Part shown: in pieces, positions 40,509-52,284 of the stretch
Layout of the letters: each line of letters begins with the position of its first letter
Numbering within the stretch: position 1 is the first letter of the stretch
NCBI GenBank assembly: GCA_963801605.1
Contig: CAWDFP010000006.1
Location: forward strand, 1,024,001-1,088,000
Source: an uncultured candidate division Zixibacteria bacterium
Lineage (GTDB): Bacteria; Zixibacteria; MSB-5A5; UBA10806
Reading direction: 5' to 3'
DNA length: 64,000 nt
Translations under genes and position numbers: made by a program
Notes under the pieces: model-generated
Databases searched by the model: none
Told to the model about the DNA's origin: nothing
The model's input: the letters and a program-made list of their open reading frames with translations, nothing else

Positions 40509-41891
40509 TTAAAGCTTAAAGATTTTCTTTTTGGAATCAGTCACATTACTGGTAGCGTTTCTTGTATCTACGATGAGATTGGCTTTATCCACAATCCATT
40601 GATAGTTGAAGCTTGAGTGGTCGGTGATAATTGCTACGCAGTCGGCGGATTTTAGAAGCTGCTCATTTAGCGGAGTTGCTTTCATGTCCGGGCCGACTTC
40701 CATCTTAATTGTCGAAACGAAGGGGTCAACATATTTGACATTGGCGCCTTTTCCCTGCAAAAGCCTGATTACATCGAGAGCCGGTGATTCACGCAAGTCG
40801 GAAATATCTCGCTTATAGGCTACGCCCAGGACCAAAATAACCGAATCATTAATCGCTTTTTTCCTGGTATTGAGGGCGTTAACGATCTTTTCCACAACAT
40901 ATTCCGGCATGTGGGAGTTGATATCACCAGCTAACTCAATAAAGCGCGCATAGTAGTTAAGCGATTTAAGCTTCCACGACAGATAATGCGGATCAATCGG
41001 GATACAGTGTCCTCCCAAACCGGGGCCGGGATAGAACGGCATAAATCCAAACGGTTTGGACGCCGCCGCATCGATAACTTCCCAAACATCGATTCCCAGA
41101 CGATCACACATCAAGGCAACCTCGTTGACCAGACCGATATTTACCGACCTGAAGGTGTTCTCGAGAAGCTTAACCATTTCGGCGGTTTTTGTCGATGATA
41201 CCGGTATAACCTGCGAGATGACCTGCTCATAGAAGAACTGGGCTACCTTGAGACATGCCGGGGTGGTGCCGCCGACAACCTTAGGGGTATTTCGAGTCTG
41301 GTATTTGGGATTGCCGGGATCAACTCTTTCGGGCGAGAAGGCCAGGAAAAAATCAGTGCCCAGCTTCAGGCCTGTAGCCTCAAACTTCTCTCGCAAAAGT
41401 TCATCGGTAGTGCCGGGGTAGGACGTCGATTCGAATACGATCAGCATTCCTTTGTGCAAATACTTACTGATTTCCGTAACCGCTGCCAGTATGAAGGAAA
41501 CATCGGGATCTTTAGTTTTATTAAGTGGAGTGGGGACACAAATGATCGCCACATCGGCCTTTTTCAAATGGCTGAAATCGTTTGTGGTATAGAGCCTTTT
41601 TAATTCAACCAGCTCCTTTACCTCATAATCCTTGATATCATCGACATCCGATTTTCCGGCGTTTAGGGTTTTAATCTTTCTCTCTAAGATATCGATACCC
41701 GTTATCTTGAACCCTACTCGTCCGAATTCCACCGCCAGGGGGAGCCCGACATATCCCATTCCAATAATTGCAATTGATGCTGAACGATCCGCAATCTTAC
41801 AGCGCAGCGATTCGACGTAATTATCTTCGGCTGCTTTTGCGATAGCGGCTTTGGTTTTGGCGTTGACCGATTTTATTGATTTAGCGGGCAT
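40509..41891 (-). CDS. UDP-N-acetylhexosamine 6-dehydrogenase (WecC/WbpA/TviB family)
   Basis: 'GMGYVGLP', 'CVPTP', 'FSPERVDPGN', 'KLLENTFR', 'GLGGHCIP'. Confidence 0.92.
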   Translation of the reverse strand: MPAKSIKSVNAKTKAAIAKAAEDNYVESLRCKIADRSASIAIIGMGYVGLPLAVEFGRVGFKITGIDILERKIKTLNAGKSDVDDIKDYEVKELVELKRLYTTNDFSHLKKADVAIICVPTPLNKTKDPDVSFILAAVTEISKYLHKGMLIVFESTSYPGTTDELLREKFEATGLKLGTDFFLAFSPERVDPGNPKYQTRNTPKVVGGTTPACLKVAQFFYEQVISQVIPVSSTKTAEMVKLLENTFRSVNIGLVNEVALMCDRLGIDVWEVIDAAASKPFGFMPFYPGPGLGGHCIPIDPHYLSWKLKSLNYYARFIELAGDINSHMPEYVVEKIVNALNTRKKAINDSVILVLGVAYKRDISDLRESPALDVIRLLQGKGANVKYVDPFVSTIKMEVGPDMKATPLNEQLLKSADCVAIITDHSSFNYQWIVDKANLIVDTRNATSNVTDSKKKIFKL

Positions 41892-41935
41892 TCGAAATCC
41901 CCCTCTCATAAGTTGTTACTACAATCGTCATTTAT

Positions 41936-42898
41936 CTAAACCTCCTCAACTAAGTATTCGCGCCAGTAATCAAATAAATCCTTTAAGGTTTTATCTATTG
42001 GGATAGTTGGATTCCATCCCGTATCGCGCCTGATCTTTTTATTAGAACCTACCAGTATCGGGATATCGACCGGCCTCATGCGGGATTGATCCACGACAAT
42101 CTCGATATTTTTCGAGGTAAACCGTCGATACTTTTCAAGCAGGTCGGCAAGCTCGTATCCGGTACCTGAACAAACATTGTATGGTTCCCCAATCCGACCC
42201 TTATCTACTATATCGACATAAGCCCGAATTACATCACGTACATCGCTGTAATCTCGTCTGACCTGGATATTGCCGACTTTAATTGTCGGTTGGGAAAGTC
42301 CCAAATCGATCTTGGCAACCTGGAAAGCCCAATCGGAGAGCACCCCCACGGTTTTCTGCCAGGGGCCCGAATGGGAAAAAGCCCGGGCAATATAAACTTG
42401 CTGCCCGTACGATTTGACATATTGATAGGCCAGAAGATCTATCGAAGCTTTGCTTACTGCGTATGGGTTTACAGGACGCAGAGGATGTTCTTCAGTTACC
42501 GGCACTTCCTCGGGCTTTAATGGTCCGTAAACCTCGGATGACGAAATCACTAATGTTTTAATCGGGAAATCGACTTTATTGATCGCTTCGAGTAGAGTCA
42601 ACGATCCCATAATATTTATCGCTAACGTTTCTTGCGGATTTTCAAAAGATAAGCGCACCGATGATTGCGCCGCCAGATGATATACTATGTCCGGTTTGAA
42701 CTGCTTTAGCGCTTTGGTAATAGTTTTTTCGTCGCGGATATCGCCAGTGAAGATTTTAACGTCATGCGCTTTTGTCAGTAGCGCAAGATCCTCGTTATCT
42801 TCCGGCTCAAGACCGGCCACCTCATCGCCTCTGTTGAGGAGAAAAGATGTCAGGTGCCGTCCCGCAAAACCCGCTATGCCTGTGATAAAAACTTTCAA
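41936..42898 (-). CDS. rmd: GDP-4-keto-6-deoxy-D-mannose reductase-like SDR
   Basis: 'TGIAGFAG', 'HLAAQS', 'SSEVYG', 'YAVSK', 'RDYSDVRD'; directly downstream of gmd. Confidence 0.75.
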   Translation of the reverse strand: MKVFITGIAGFAGRHLTSFLLNRGDEVAGLEPEDNEDLALLTKAHDVKIFTGDIRDEKTITKALKQFKPDIVYHLAAQSSVRLSFENPQETLAINIMGSLTLLEAINKVDFPIKTLVISSSEVYGPLKPEEVPVTEEHPLRPVNPYAVSKASIDLLAYQYVKSYGQQVYIARAFSHSGPWQKTVGVLSDWAFQVAKIDLGLSQPTIKVGNIQVRRDYSDVRDVIRAYVDIVDKGRIGEPYNVCSGTGYELADLLEKYRRFTSKNIEIVVDQSRMRPVDIPILVGSNKKIRRDTGWNPTIPIDKTLKDLFDYWREYLVEEV

Positions 42899-42994
42899 AT
42901 TTCTTTTCTTCTATTTGTAAATCAAGACCCCGAAAGGGCATGACTTATCATCTCAATTATTATTATGACTTTGTCTTATATTATCCGTTAAAAA

Positions 42995-43960
42995 TTATCG
43001 CTGAACCTTGCTCAATCTTTCCATATCGCAATCCACCATTATACGGACCATATCTTCGAAAGTCACAGTTGGCTCCCAGTTGAGTGTCGTTTTGGCATGC
43101 GACGGGTCGCCAAGCAACACATCGACCTCTGCGGGACGAACGAATCTGGGATCTGTGACTACATAATCGTTATAATCCAGATCCAGGTGCGAGAAGGCCG
43201 CTTCGCAAAGCTGCCTGACTGAATGATGCCGTCCCGATGCGATCACAAAATTATCGGGTTTATTCTGCTGAAGCATCAACCACATGGCGTTAACATAATC
43301 ACCGGCATACCCCCAATCGCGTTTGGCGTCGAGATTGCCGAGCGATAACTTATCGAGCATCCCAAGCTTAATGCGGGCTGCTCCGTCGGTTACTTTGCGA
43401 GAAACAAATTCCAATCCACGCCTTGGCGATTCATGGTTAAATAGGATTCCGCTGACAGCGAATATGTTATATGATTCACGATAATTGACCGTTATAAAAT
43501 GTCCGTAGACTTTCGCTACTCCATACGGGCTTCTGGGATAAAAAGGAGTCTTCTCGGTTTGCGGCACTTCGGCCACTTTACCGAACATTTCTGATGATGA
43601 AGCTTGATAAAATTTGATCTTGGTATCAACCTGCCTGATCGCTTCCAGCATCCTGGTGACACCGAGGGCGTCAAACTCGCCTGTGAGAATAGGTTGTTTC
43701 CAGGATGTCGGTACGAAGGACTGCGCTGCCAGGTTATAGACTTCATCCGGGCGAACCTCATCGATTAACCGCAGTATCGAAAGCTGATCCAGAAGATCTC
43801 CCTGGATCAATTCCAGCCTGTGACGAATATGGTTGATCCGCTCGAAATTTTCCGTGGAGTTGCGGCGTACCATTCCCCAAACCTCATACCCCTTCTCCAG
43901 CAGAAGCTCCGCTAAATATGATCCATCTTGTCCCGTTATACCGGTAATTATTGCTCGCAT
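42995..43960 (-). CDS. gmd: GDP-mannose 4,6-dehydratase
   Basis: '[12 protein letters not shown]', 'YQASSSE', 'PRSPYGVAK', 'NHESPRRG', 'KRDWG'. Confidence 0.96.
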   Translation of the reverse strand: MRAIITGITGQDGSYLAELLLEKGYEVWGMVRRNSTENFERINHIRHRLELIQGDLLDQLSILRLIDEVRPDEVYNLAAQSFVPTSWKQPILTGEFDALGVTRMLEAIRQVDTKIKFYQASSSEMFGKVAEVPQTEKTPFYPRSPYGVAKVYGHFITVNYRESYNIFAVSGILFNHESPRRGLEFVSRKVTDGAARIKLGMLDKLSLGNLDAKRDWGYAGDYVNAMWLMLQQNKPDNFVIASGRHHSVRQLCEAAFSHLDLDYNDYVVTDPRFVRPAEVDVLLGDPSHAKTTLNWEPTVTFEDMVRIMVDCDMERLSKVQR

Positions 43961-44266
43961 ATCACCCTTTCGTTACAGCCCGCAAATATAGCGTGCTAAA
44001 TCTAACTGTCAATTGAATATAATTGAATGGCAGACTCATTCGGTAATTGGGATATTGATTCGTTTTATAAGCAAAGGTGGCCGCAGCCGCCGGACGTTCT
44101 TTGAAACTCCTTGCGCTACAATATGTTATAGGTATAAATTAATAATAAAATATTGTTATTTAGCTTGAAATTTTACTCCCAAAATGGTATATTTTGTGAC
44201 TGTAAACGAATTAGAGGATGTCCCTTGAATAGGAGGGGGATATACCTCGATTTTAGGAGGTTTGGC

Positions 44267-44554
44267 TTGGCCCGGGAGCCTGAGAAAATCGGCGGACTTA
44301 TTGCGGGATATTTGGATAAGCTCGGTTTTGCCGGCAGGCTCGGTAAACAGGCCGCGGTTTTAAACTGGGCCGAAATAGTCGGCCCGAGGATTGCCCAGGA
44401 GACCCAGGCGCTTCGCATAGATGGCGATGCGCTGGTGGTCAAGGTCAATCAATCGGCCTGGAGGCAACAGCTCTCATTTCTGAAAACGGAGCTATTAGCC
44501 AAATTGGATTCGAAACTTGGTAAGGGATGCATCAAGGACATCCGCTTCATTTGA
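44267..44554 (+). CDS. dciA: DUF721 / DciA family protein
   Basis: AGGAGG + TTG; 'W.EIVG..IA....AL.I....LVV.V....W.QQL' immediately upstream of gyrB. Confidence 0.85.
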   Translation: MAREPEKIGGLIAGYLDKLGFAGRLGKQAAVLNWAEIVGPRIAQETQALRIDGDALVVKVNQSAWRQQLSFLKTELLAKLDSKLGKGCIKDIRFI

Positions 44555-44564
44555 AAGGATCATC

Positions 44565-46522
<1,958 letters not shown>

Positions 46523-46596
46523 ATAGAGACGATAATCGCCGCCGGGTTGAATTAACTGGGGGCAGATTAATGATAAATATTTTAGATTTTTTGTTT

Positions 46597-46644
46597 GTAG
46601 GTCAGGTCGCCCGCGACCTGACTCTTTTAATTTCCTTTTTTTAT
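46597..46644 (+). repeat. 48-bp direct repeat, copy 1 (GTAG-REP hairpin plus T-rich tail)
   Basis: gtaggtcaggtcgcccgcgacctgactcttttaatttcctttttttat; 44 of 48 identical to 47558-47605. Confidence 0.9.
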
Positions 46645-46657
46645 TCTATGAGGTTTT

Positions 46658-47538
46658 ATGAAACAAGGACAAAACCTTGAATGGATTCCGCTAAATTCGG
46701 ATACTAGAAATTTGTTAAATTCGGCAGGATTAATAATGATAGATTACACAATTGGTTTTATGGGTATTGAGACCCAAAATAGAAGGGACAAAAGTATTGA
46801 TGTTGATTCGTGGTTGATTGGTTCAGGCGTATTAATAAACGTTGGTAAAACAAAAGGTATTTTGACGGCTTATCATCTAGTTAATAGTAAAATATTTAAA
46901 AAGGCAAACGCAATTGGTTTAATTTTACATAGAAAAGGCCCACATAGATTTCCTATAACTATAAATTGTGAGGATATAGTTATTATAGCAAAACCAAATT
47001 CGGATGATTTGGGGCCGGATTTAGCTTTTATTAAATTGAAGCAAGACGCTATTGGATCGCTAGAAGCATATGGGAAAGTATTTTGGAATTTGGAAAAAAG
47101 GCGAAACTCGATATTATCATCACCAGTTTCAATTGAAATCGGCGCCTGGGTTTTTTTGGGATATCCCAAAGAAAAGTCGAAGAAGACATTACCTAAAGAG
47201 CAATTTTTAAGTAATACACAGTTAGAGGCCTTGGTTACTTTTGCAGAAATACAGGATGATGGAATTCGCGATGGATTCGATTATTTAAATGCAAGAGTTC
47301 CCTATAATGTTGACCCGCAATCCCAACCAACTTTCAAGGAGTTAGCGGCGGAGGATTATGGCATATTACTTCATTAGATAAAAACGGTGATCAGAAGAAA
47401 CTTAGCGATCCAATTTTATCTGGTATAGCCTATTACCAAACACCCCTAGAAGATGATCAAAGGATTATTAAATGCCATGGAAGACTCAGTCTATATAAAA
47501 AAGTATATGAAGCCATTTTGGGCTTGAATAATTCCTGA
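46658..47538 (+). CDS. AT-rich trypsin-like serine protease (indel near 47335)
   Basis: 'GSGVLI..ILTAYHL' (His), 'PDLAFIKL' (Asp), 'FLGYP', then in the adjacent frame 'GVSGGGLW' (Ser), running to TGA at 47538. Confidence 0.75.
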
Positions 47539-47557
47539 TTTTTCAATATGCCAGTCC

Positions 47558-47605
47558 GTAGCCCAAGTCGCCTGCGACCTGACTCTTTTAATTTCCTTTT
47601 TTTAT
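47558..47605 (+). repeat. 48-bp direct repeat, copy 2
   Basis: gtagcccaagtcgcctgcgacctgactcttttaatttcctttttttat. Confidence 0.9.
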
Positions 47606-47609
47606 ATTT

Positions 47610-48122
47610 GTCAGGTGCCAGGGCACCTGACCTACCAAATTTGATTGTAGGCGGCCAATTTATTTGGCCACATCCTGGTGTCGGCGGATAAACTGCCAAA
47701 CTACTTACGTTCGGTCAGGTCTTAGGCATTTTGCCGTGACCTGACCGTTTTGCGGAGATACGATACCGCCAGGTCTCGGAAACCTAAGACCTGGCGGAAC
47801 CATTTGCGTGACAGCCATCCTCGGCTGCCCGTTCTTGAAAGCCTCGCGTGCATGGTGTACGTCCTCGTGCACCATGCATTAAATGGCCGTAGGGTGCGCT
47901 CCGCGCACCATATTTGTCGGGGTTGGTGCACATAGTGCACCCTACGTCTGGCAACATCGCGTGCAGCGTATATGTCCTCATATACACAGCCTTCTTAAAA
48001 GAAAATTATTTTATTCCTTGCCCGGCAGCCATCCTCGGCTGCCCATTCTTTTTTGGGTGGTGGCGGGGTCTCCGTACCCGCCACCAATCTGACAGCAGTC
48101 AGGTGCGGAGACCTGACCGCAC
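47610..48122. repeat. Mosaic of about 11 REP-like hairpins from several families
   Basis: Hairpins at 47610, 47647, 47712, 47766, 47812, 47849, 47889 and 47924 (inverted GTAG../..CTAC pair), 48024, 48059 and 48095. Confidence 0.85.
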
Positions 48123-48195
48123 GCGTTATAAATCGTCTCATATTAACGGGCAAAAATTCCTGTTCCCATTATCCCATTTGATTCGTATCCTATAT

Positions 48196-48717
48196 ATGCC
48201 GATGATCGAAGAGTTTCAAATATCAGTCAAACTGACCAAATGGGAGATTGCTACCTATAATTTTCATCATATCCGATGGCTCTTGTGGCTGGATGGTTTC
48301 GGCCTTTGCCTGTTACTGGTGGCCGCCTATTTTTCCTTTACCAGCCCCGATCCTGCGGCCAGGAACAACTTGAGTATCCTGGTTTTTTGGGGAGTTCTAT
48401 TCCTGGCAGTCGGGCTTTCGCAACCGTTTATACTATTTTTGCAGATTTACATTTTCAAAAGCCCGGCGGTGATCGATCAAATGCAACCCAAAATATATAG
48501 ATTCGATGATTTTGGCATTCATATCAAAGTAGATAATCGTAAAGCTACTACTATTTGGTCGAACGTAACTGATGTTAAGGAAATCGACCAACTCTTGCTT
48601 ATATACACCAGCCCCAAGCTGGCCTATATCATTCCCAAGCGCTATTTCTTTTCGAGTGATGAACAAAAGCGGTTTGTCAAAGAGCTTCTCGAACATCTCA
48701 AGATCGAAAAGCCTTGA
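48196..48717 (+). CDS. YcxB-family membrane protein
   Basis: Two TM helices then 'F.D.GI......W..V..V.E....L.IY.....YIIPKRYF'. The 47914 start reads through repeats and is unlikely. Confidence 0.8.
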   Translation: MPMIEEFQISVKLTKWEIATYNFHHIRWLLWLDGFGLCLLLVAAYFSFTSPDPAARNNLSILVFWGVLFLAVGLSQPFILFLQIYIFKSPAVIDQMQPKIYRFDDFGIHIKVDNRKATTIWSNVTDVKEIDQLLLIYTSPKLAYIIPKRYFFSSDEQKRFVKELLEHLKIEKP

Positions 48718-48755
48718 ATTAAAATTTATTAAAGCCCCTGGAACACTCCTCAAAT

Positions 48756-48783
48756 AAAAAAGGACCGCCAAAGCTGACGGTCC
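48756..48783 (-). terminator. Terminator between convergent genes
   Basis: A6 followed by ggaccg..cggtcc. Confidence 0.6.
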
Positions 48784-48807
48784 CATAAATTAATTAGTAA
48801 TAATATC

Positions 48808-49419
48808 TTAGAAGATAAATCTGATTCCCAGATATCCCTTTAGAAGATTTTTATCGGATTTCTGCGGATTAATAAATCCCACGAATCGTCCTTCGAGGAA
48901 AGCCATTGTTTTAGGATTGATTTGAGCCTCAACGCCCATCCCGCCACTAAGCTGCCCGAGCGAGTGCAGACCTTTGGATTTCATGCTGACAGTACCGTTA
49001 CTGTCTTCCTCACGCTTGTAATCGAGGAAATATCCGCCAACACCGCCGATAAGATAACCGGAGAAAGCATTGGAGAAATCGATAGCGCGATATCTCTCTA
49101 AGATCGCTACTCCCAATCCGGAGTATTGTTGTTCCCGCAGTTTGGCAGTATAGGGCTGGCCAAAAGAGCTGGTTTGAACCGAATCCCCGCTTTTGGTAAA
49201 TTGAACGCCCCATTTGTCCAGATCAAATTGGGTCGTGAATCTGGAATCGGGATTGGCAAAAGTCAATAAAAGCCCGCCCCCAAGCGCGTTAGAATAATTC
49301 TTACCCGGAATAACGCCTTCGAATTTAGCCCCAACACCAAAATGCCAATAATCAGCACCGGCCGCATATCCGAATGCTATTAATATGATTGCAGCTATGC
49401 TAAAGATTTTTCTCATCAC
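48808..49419 (-). CDS. Outer-membrane beta-barrel protein
   Basis: Signal peptide, 'YLIGGVGGY', C-terminal 'GIRFIF'. Confidence 0.8.
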   Translation of the reverse strand: MMRKIFSIAAIILIAFGYAAGADYWHFGVGAKFEGVIPGKNYSNALGGGLLLTFANPDSRFTTQFDLDKWGVQFTKSGDSVQTSSFGQPYTAKLREQQYSGLGVAILERYRAIDFSNAFSGYLIGGVGGYFLDYKREEDSNGTVSMKSKGLHSLGQLSGGMGVEAQINPKTMAFLEGRFVGFINPQKSDKNLLKGYLGIRFIF

Positions 49420-49582
49420 TTTCTCCTTCTGCCGCAGTAATATTCTCGCTGCACCTAATATAGTCTCTTAATTTTAAAAGGGCAAGGAACTTGAATGTCC
49501 CTACCGATTATTTCCCGCTCTCGCAGCCCGAGGGTCGGGCTGAACGATGTGAAGATATAAAACCGGGGTTAGATTGTCAATA

Positions 49583-50323
49583 TTAGCCGGATTTCTTTTG
49601 GGTAAGTTTATCCTGTCGGAAAAGCTTCTTGAAAAAGAGCTTCCAGACTCCGAAAACCGCCTCGTAGACAATCTTTTTGGACATTTTGGATGTTCCTGCC
49701 CGCCTATCGATAAATAAGATCGGCATTTCCTTTATCCTGAAACCGCCGCGCCAGACAAAGAAATTCATTTCTATCTGGAATCCATAACCATTCGATTTTA
49801 TTTTCCTCAGGTCCAGCCATTCCAGTACTTCACGTCGGAAGCATTTAAAGCCGCCGGTTGGGTCCTTGATCGGCATTCCGGTTATAACGCGCACATAAAT
49901 CGATGCAAAATAGGAAAGCAGCAGACGGCTCATCGGCCAGTTGACAATCGAGATACCATTTGAGTAACGCGAGCCGATCACGAGATCGTTTTCTTTGATA
50001 TTTTCGCGAAAATCGCTGATATATTTGGGATCATGCGAGAAATCGGCATCCATCTCCATGAGATATCCAATTTGCGGCATGGCTAATCCGAATTTGAAAC
50101 CATCCACATAAGCGGTACCCAGGCCTAATTTACCGGGCCTTTTCAGGATATGTATTCGAGGTTCATTTGGCATCAGGCTTTCCACGATAGCCGCGGTGCC
50201 GTCCGGGGAATTATCGTCAATTATCAGTATCTCAATATCATTTCCCTGGGTCAGGACTTCCTCAATGATATGCCTGATATTTTCTTTTTCATTGTAAGTA
50301 GGAATGCAGACTAGAATATTCAT
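49583..50323 (-). CDS. Polyprenol monophosphomannose synthase (GT2, DPM1-like)
   Basis: 'IPTYNE', 'DDNSPDGT', 'EMDADFSH', 'TGGFKCFR', 'GTSKMS'. Confidence 0.92.
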   Translation of the reverse strand: MNILVCIPTYNEKENIRHIIEEVLTQGNDIEILIIDDNSPDGTAAIVESLMPNEPRIHILKRPGKLGLGTAYVDGFKFGLAMPQIGYLMEMDADFSHDPKYISDFRENIKENDLVIGSRYSNGISIVNWPMSRLLLSYFASIYVRVITGMPIKDPTGGFKCFRREVLEWLDLRKIKSNGYGFQIEMNFFVWRGGFRIKEMPILFIDRRAGTSKMSKKIVYEAVFGVWKLFFKKLFRQDKLTQKKSG

Positions 50324-51288
50324 CGGACCCTCGGAGATAAAAGATAGACGATGCCTCCTATTGCCACCAGGCTCCAGTAGCTGATGAGGCGATCAGTCAT
50401 TGTTACGGCGGCTGCCAGAGATGTTGACATGCCGGCGGACGATAAAAGTTTCAACATTAAAAATTCAACCAACCCCAACCCCGCAGGCGAAAGAGGTATC
50501 GACATCAGGATGAGCGAAGCTTGAGAAATAAAAAGGGCGACCAAAAATCCGGTTTTCACCCCAAACGCCAAAAATACCAGATATAAGCGCAGTGCTTCGG
50601 ATAGCCAGATCAGCGTAGTCATGGCGGCTATTTTGGGTAGTAGTGACGGCCACTTAAAAATACCGGCGCTGAATAGCTCAATCTTTTCGCGCCATTTCGA
50701 TGGGGCGATTTTCGATATGGCCGGTAAAAAGTATATAGCTGCTATAAAAAATATCACCAGCGCTGTAACGGCAATGAGACCCCATACTATATAACGGCCT
50801 TCCTCGGCGTTCTTCAACGCTCCCCAAAAATAAGAACCGGATAGAACCAGGAGGATAGCCGTAACGGCCAGGTCTAAAATTCGCTCGGAGAAGATTACTC
50901 CCAGCGAGAGCGAAATTGATACGTTGTCGTTTCGTTTGAGAAGATATGCCCGGTATACATCGCCGATTCTGGCCGGAAGGATGGCATTGGCAAACCAGGA
51001 TAAAAAATAATAATGCGAAAGAGGGATATAATTTATCTCGACTCCTGATGGTTTTAAAAGCGCGCTCCAGCGCAGTCCTCGTAATGGCAAAGACGAGTAA
51101 AAAGCAACCGTTGCCAGAATCAGGATCAGAATATTAGCTTTTGAGATATTAGTTAATGCTTCGCTAAGGTTAAAGTTGCGCAAGAATAGGTAGATAACAA
51201 CTGCGGCAATTGCAAAACCCAATAGCGTGCGAAGCTTAAAAATGTTTTCTTTTAACCCGATGGTTTTTCCGGCGATAGTTTCAGTCAA
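50320..51288 (-). CDS. Flippase-like membrane protein (LPG synthase TM / UPF0104)
   Basis: 'RW..LL', 'N.ILPARIGD..RA', 'ERILD', 'P.SPAGLG..E'. Confidence 0.85.
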   Translation of the reverse strand: MTETIAGKTIGLKENIFKLRTLLGFAIAAVVIYLFLRNFNLSEALTNISKANILILILATVAFYSSLPLRGLRWSALLKPSGVEINYIPLSHYYFLSWFANAILPARIGDVYRAYLLKRNDNVSISLSLGVIFSERILDLAVTAILLVLSGSYFWGALKNAEEGRYIVWGLIAVTALVIFFIAAIYFLPAISKIAPSKWREKIELFSAGIFKWPSLLPKIAAMTTLIWLSEALRLYLVFLAFGVKTGFLVALFISQASLILMSIPLSPAGLGLVEFLMLKLLSSAGMSTSLAAAVTMTDRLISYWSLVAIGGIVYLLSPRVR

Positions 51289-51468
51289 TCAGCTTACCTT
51301 TCTTGCGCTGAATATACTATTGAGGATATTTGTTGGCAACACCATAAGTGCCGATATCATTCAATTCAAGAGAGGTCTGAACAATATGAAAAACGCCAAA
51401 TTCTTAGAACGTTGCTTTCTCACTTTTTGACCATTGCCTTTTTTTACGTCATCGACTACCTTTGGTTC

Positions 51469-52254
51469 GTGAAACGATTTCGTCATCTTCTCTTAGATAT
51501 CGAGGGTACCATCGTACTCGATAAAAAATACACTCCTGTTCCGGGAGCCGTCCCTTGGTTCAATTTACTGGAAGATAGAGGAATTTCCGCTCGTCTGGTT
51601 ACCAATAATACTACAGAGTCTCCGGATAGTTTATATCGAATCCTTACACGAAAAGGATTCCATTTCGGCCGCAACGATTATTACACTTGTCTGACAGAGG
51701 CCATTGTATTGATGAAACGTCGCGGTATTCGCTCCTGCCTGGTTTTGGCCAAAAGCGCCGCTAAGGATTTCCTTAAAAGCGAAGGGATAAAACCGCTCGG
51801 TACGTCCGGAGTCGATGCAGTATTGGTCGGATACGATCCATCTCTAACCTATCACAAAATGAATCTGGCAGTTAAGGCCATCAAAGACAACGGGGCAACT
51901 CTTTTTACATTGAATCGAAATCGTCGTTTTGTAAATGAAAATCGAGAGATCGTCATGTCCGCCGGGCCGATAGCGGCTGCTCTGGAATTCGCATGTATGA
52001 CTCGCGCGATAGTCTGTGGTAAGCCGAGCCGGCGATTTTTTCTCGATTCTATTAAAGGCTGGGATATTGCCCGAGAAAAGATTCTTATGGTCTCGGACGA
52101 TCCCTTTGCCGATCTTATCGGCGCTAAAAAAATCGGTATGTCGACCTGTTGGGTTCTCACGGGATCGATTAAAGACCGCACTCAAATTGACGTAATTCCG
52201 GGAAAATATCGTCCGGATTATATTTATGATAGTGTAATTGAGATGCCTCTATGA
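51469..52254 (+). CDS. HAD-IIA family hydrolase
   Basis: 'LDIEGT', 'VTNN', 'GKPS', 'MVSDD...DL.GA'; GTG start. Confidence 0.85.
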   Translation: MKRFRHLLLDIEGTIVLDKKYTPVPGAVPWFNLLEDRGISARLVTNNTTESPDSLYRILTRKGFHFGRNDYYTCLTEAIVLMKRRGIRSCLVLAKSAAKDFLKSEGIKPLGTSGVDAVLVGYDPSLTYHKMNLAVKAIKDNGATLFTLNRNRRFVNENREIVMSAGPIAAALEFACMTRAIVCGKPSRRFFLDSIKGWDIAREKILMVSDDPFADLIGAKKIGMSTCWVLTGSIKDRTQIDVIPGKYRPDYIYDSVIEMPL

Positions 52255-52284
52255 GCATCCCAAATTATATCGTATATTAAGGAA

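Noticed and set aside
40585..40593. Perfect DnaA box TTATCCACA suggesting oriC near gyrB
   Set aside because: Single copy inside a coding sequence; no box cluster and no dnaA/dnaN in the window.
46597..47605. Integron attC cassette
   Set aside because: The repeats lack RYYYAAC/GTTRRRY ends and no integrase is seen; they look like GTAG REPs.
47558..48122. CRISPR array
   Set aside because: Units differ in sequence and orientation, spacing is irregular and no cas genes are present.
47722..48195. Short ORFs and the 47914 N-terminal extension of the YcxB-like gene
   Set aside because: They are translations of GC-rich palindromic repeats with no protein-like features.
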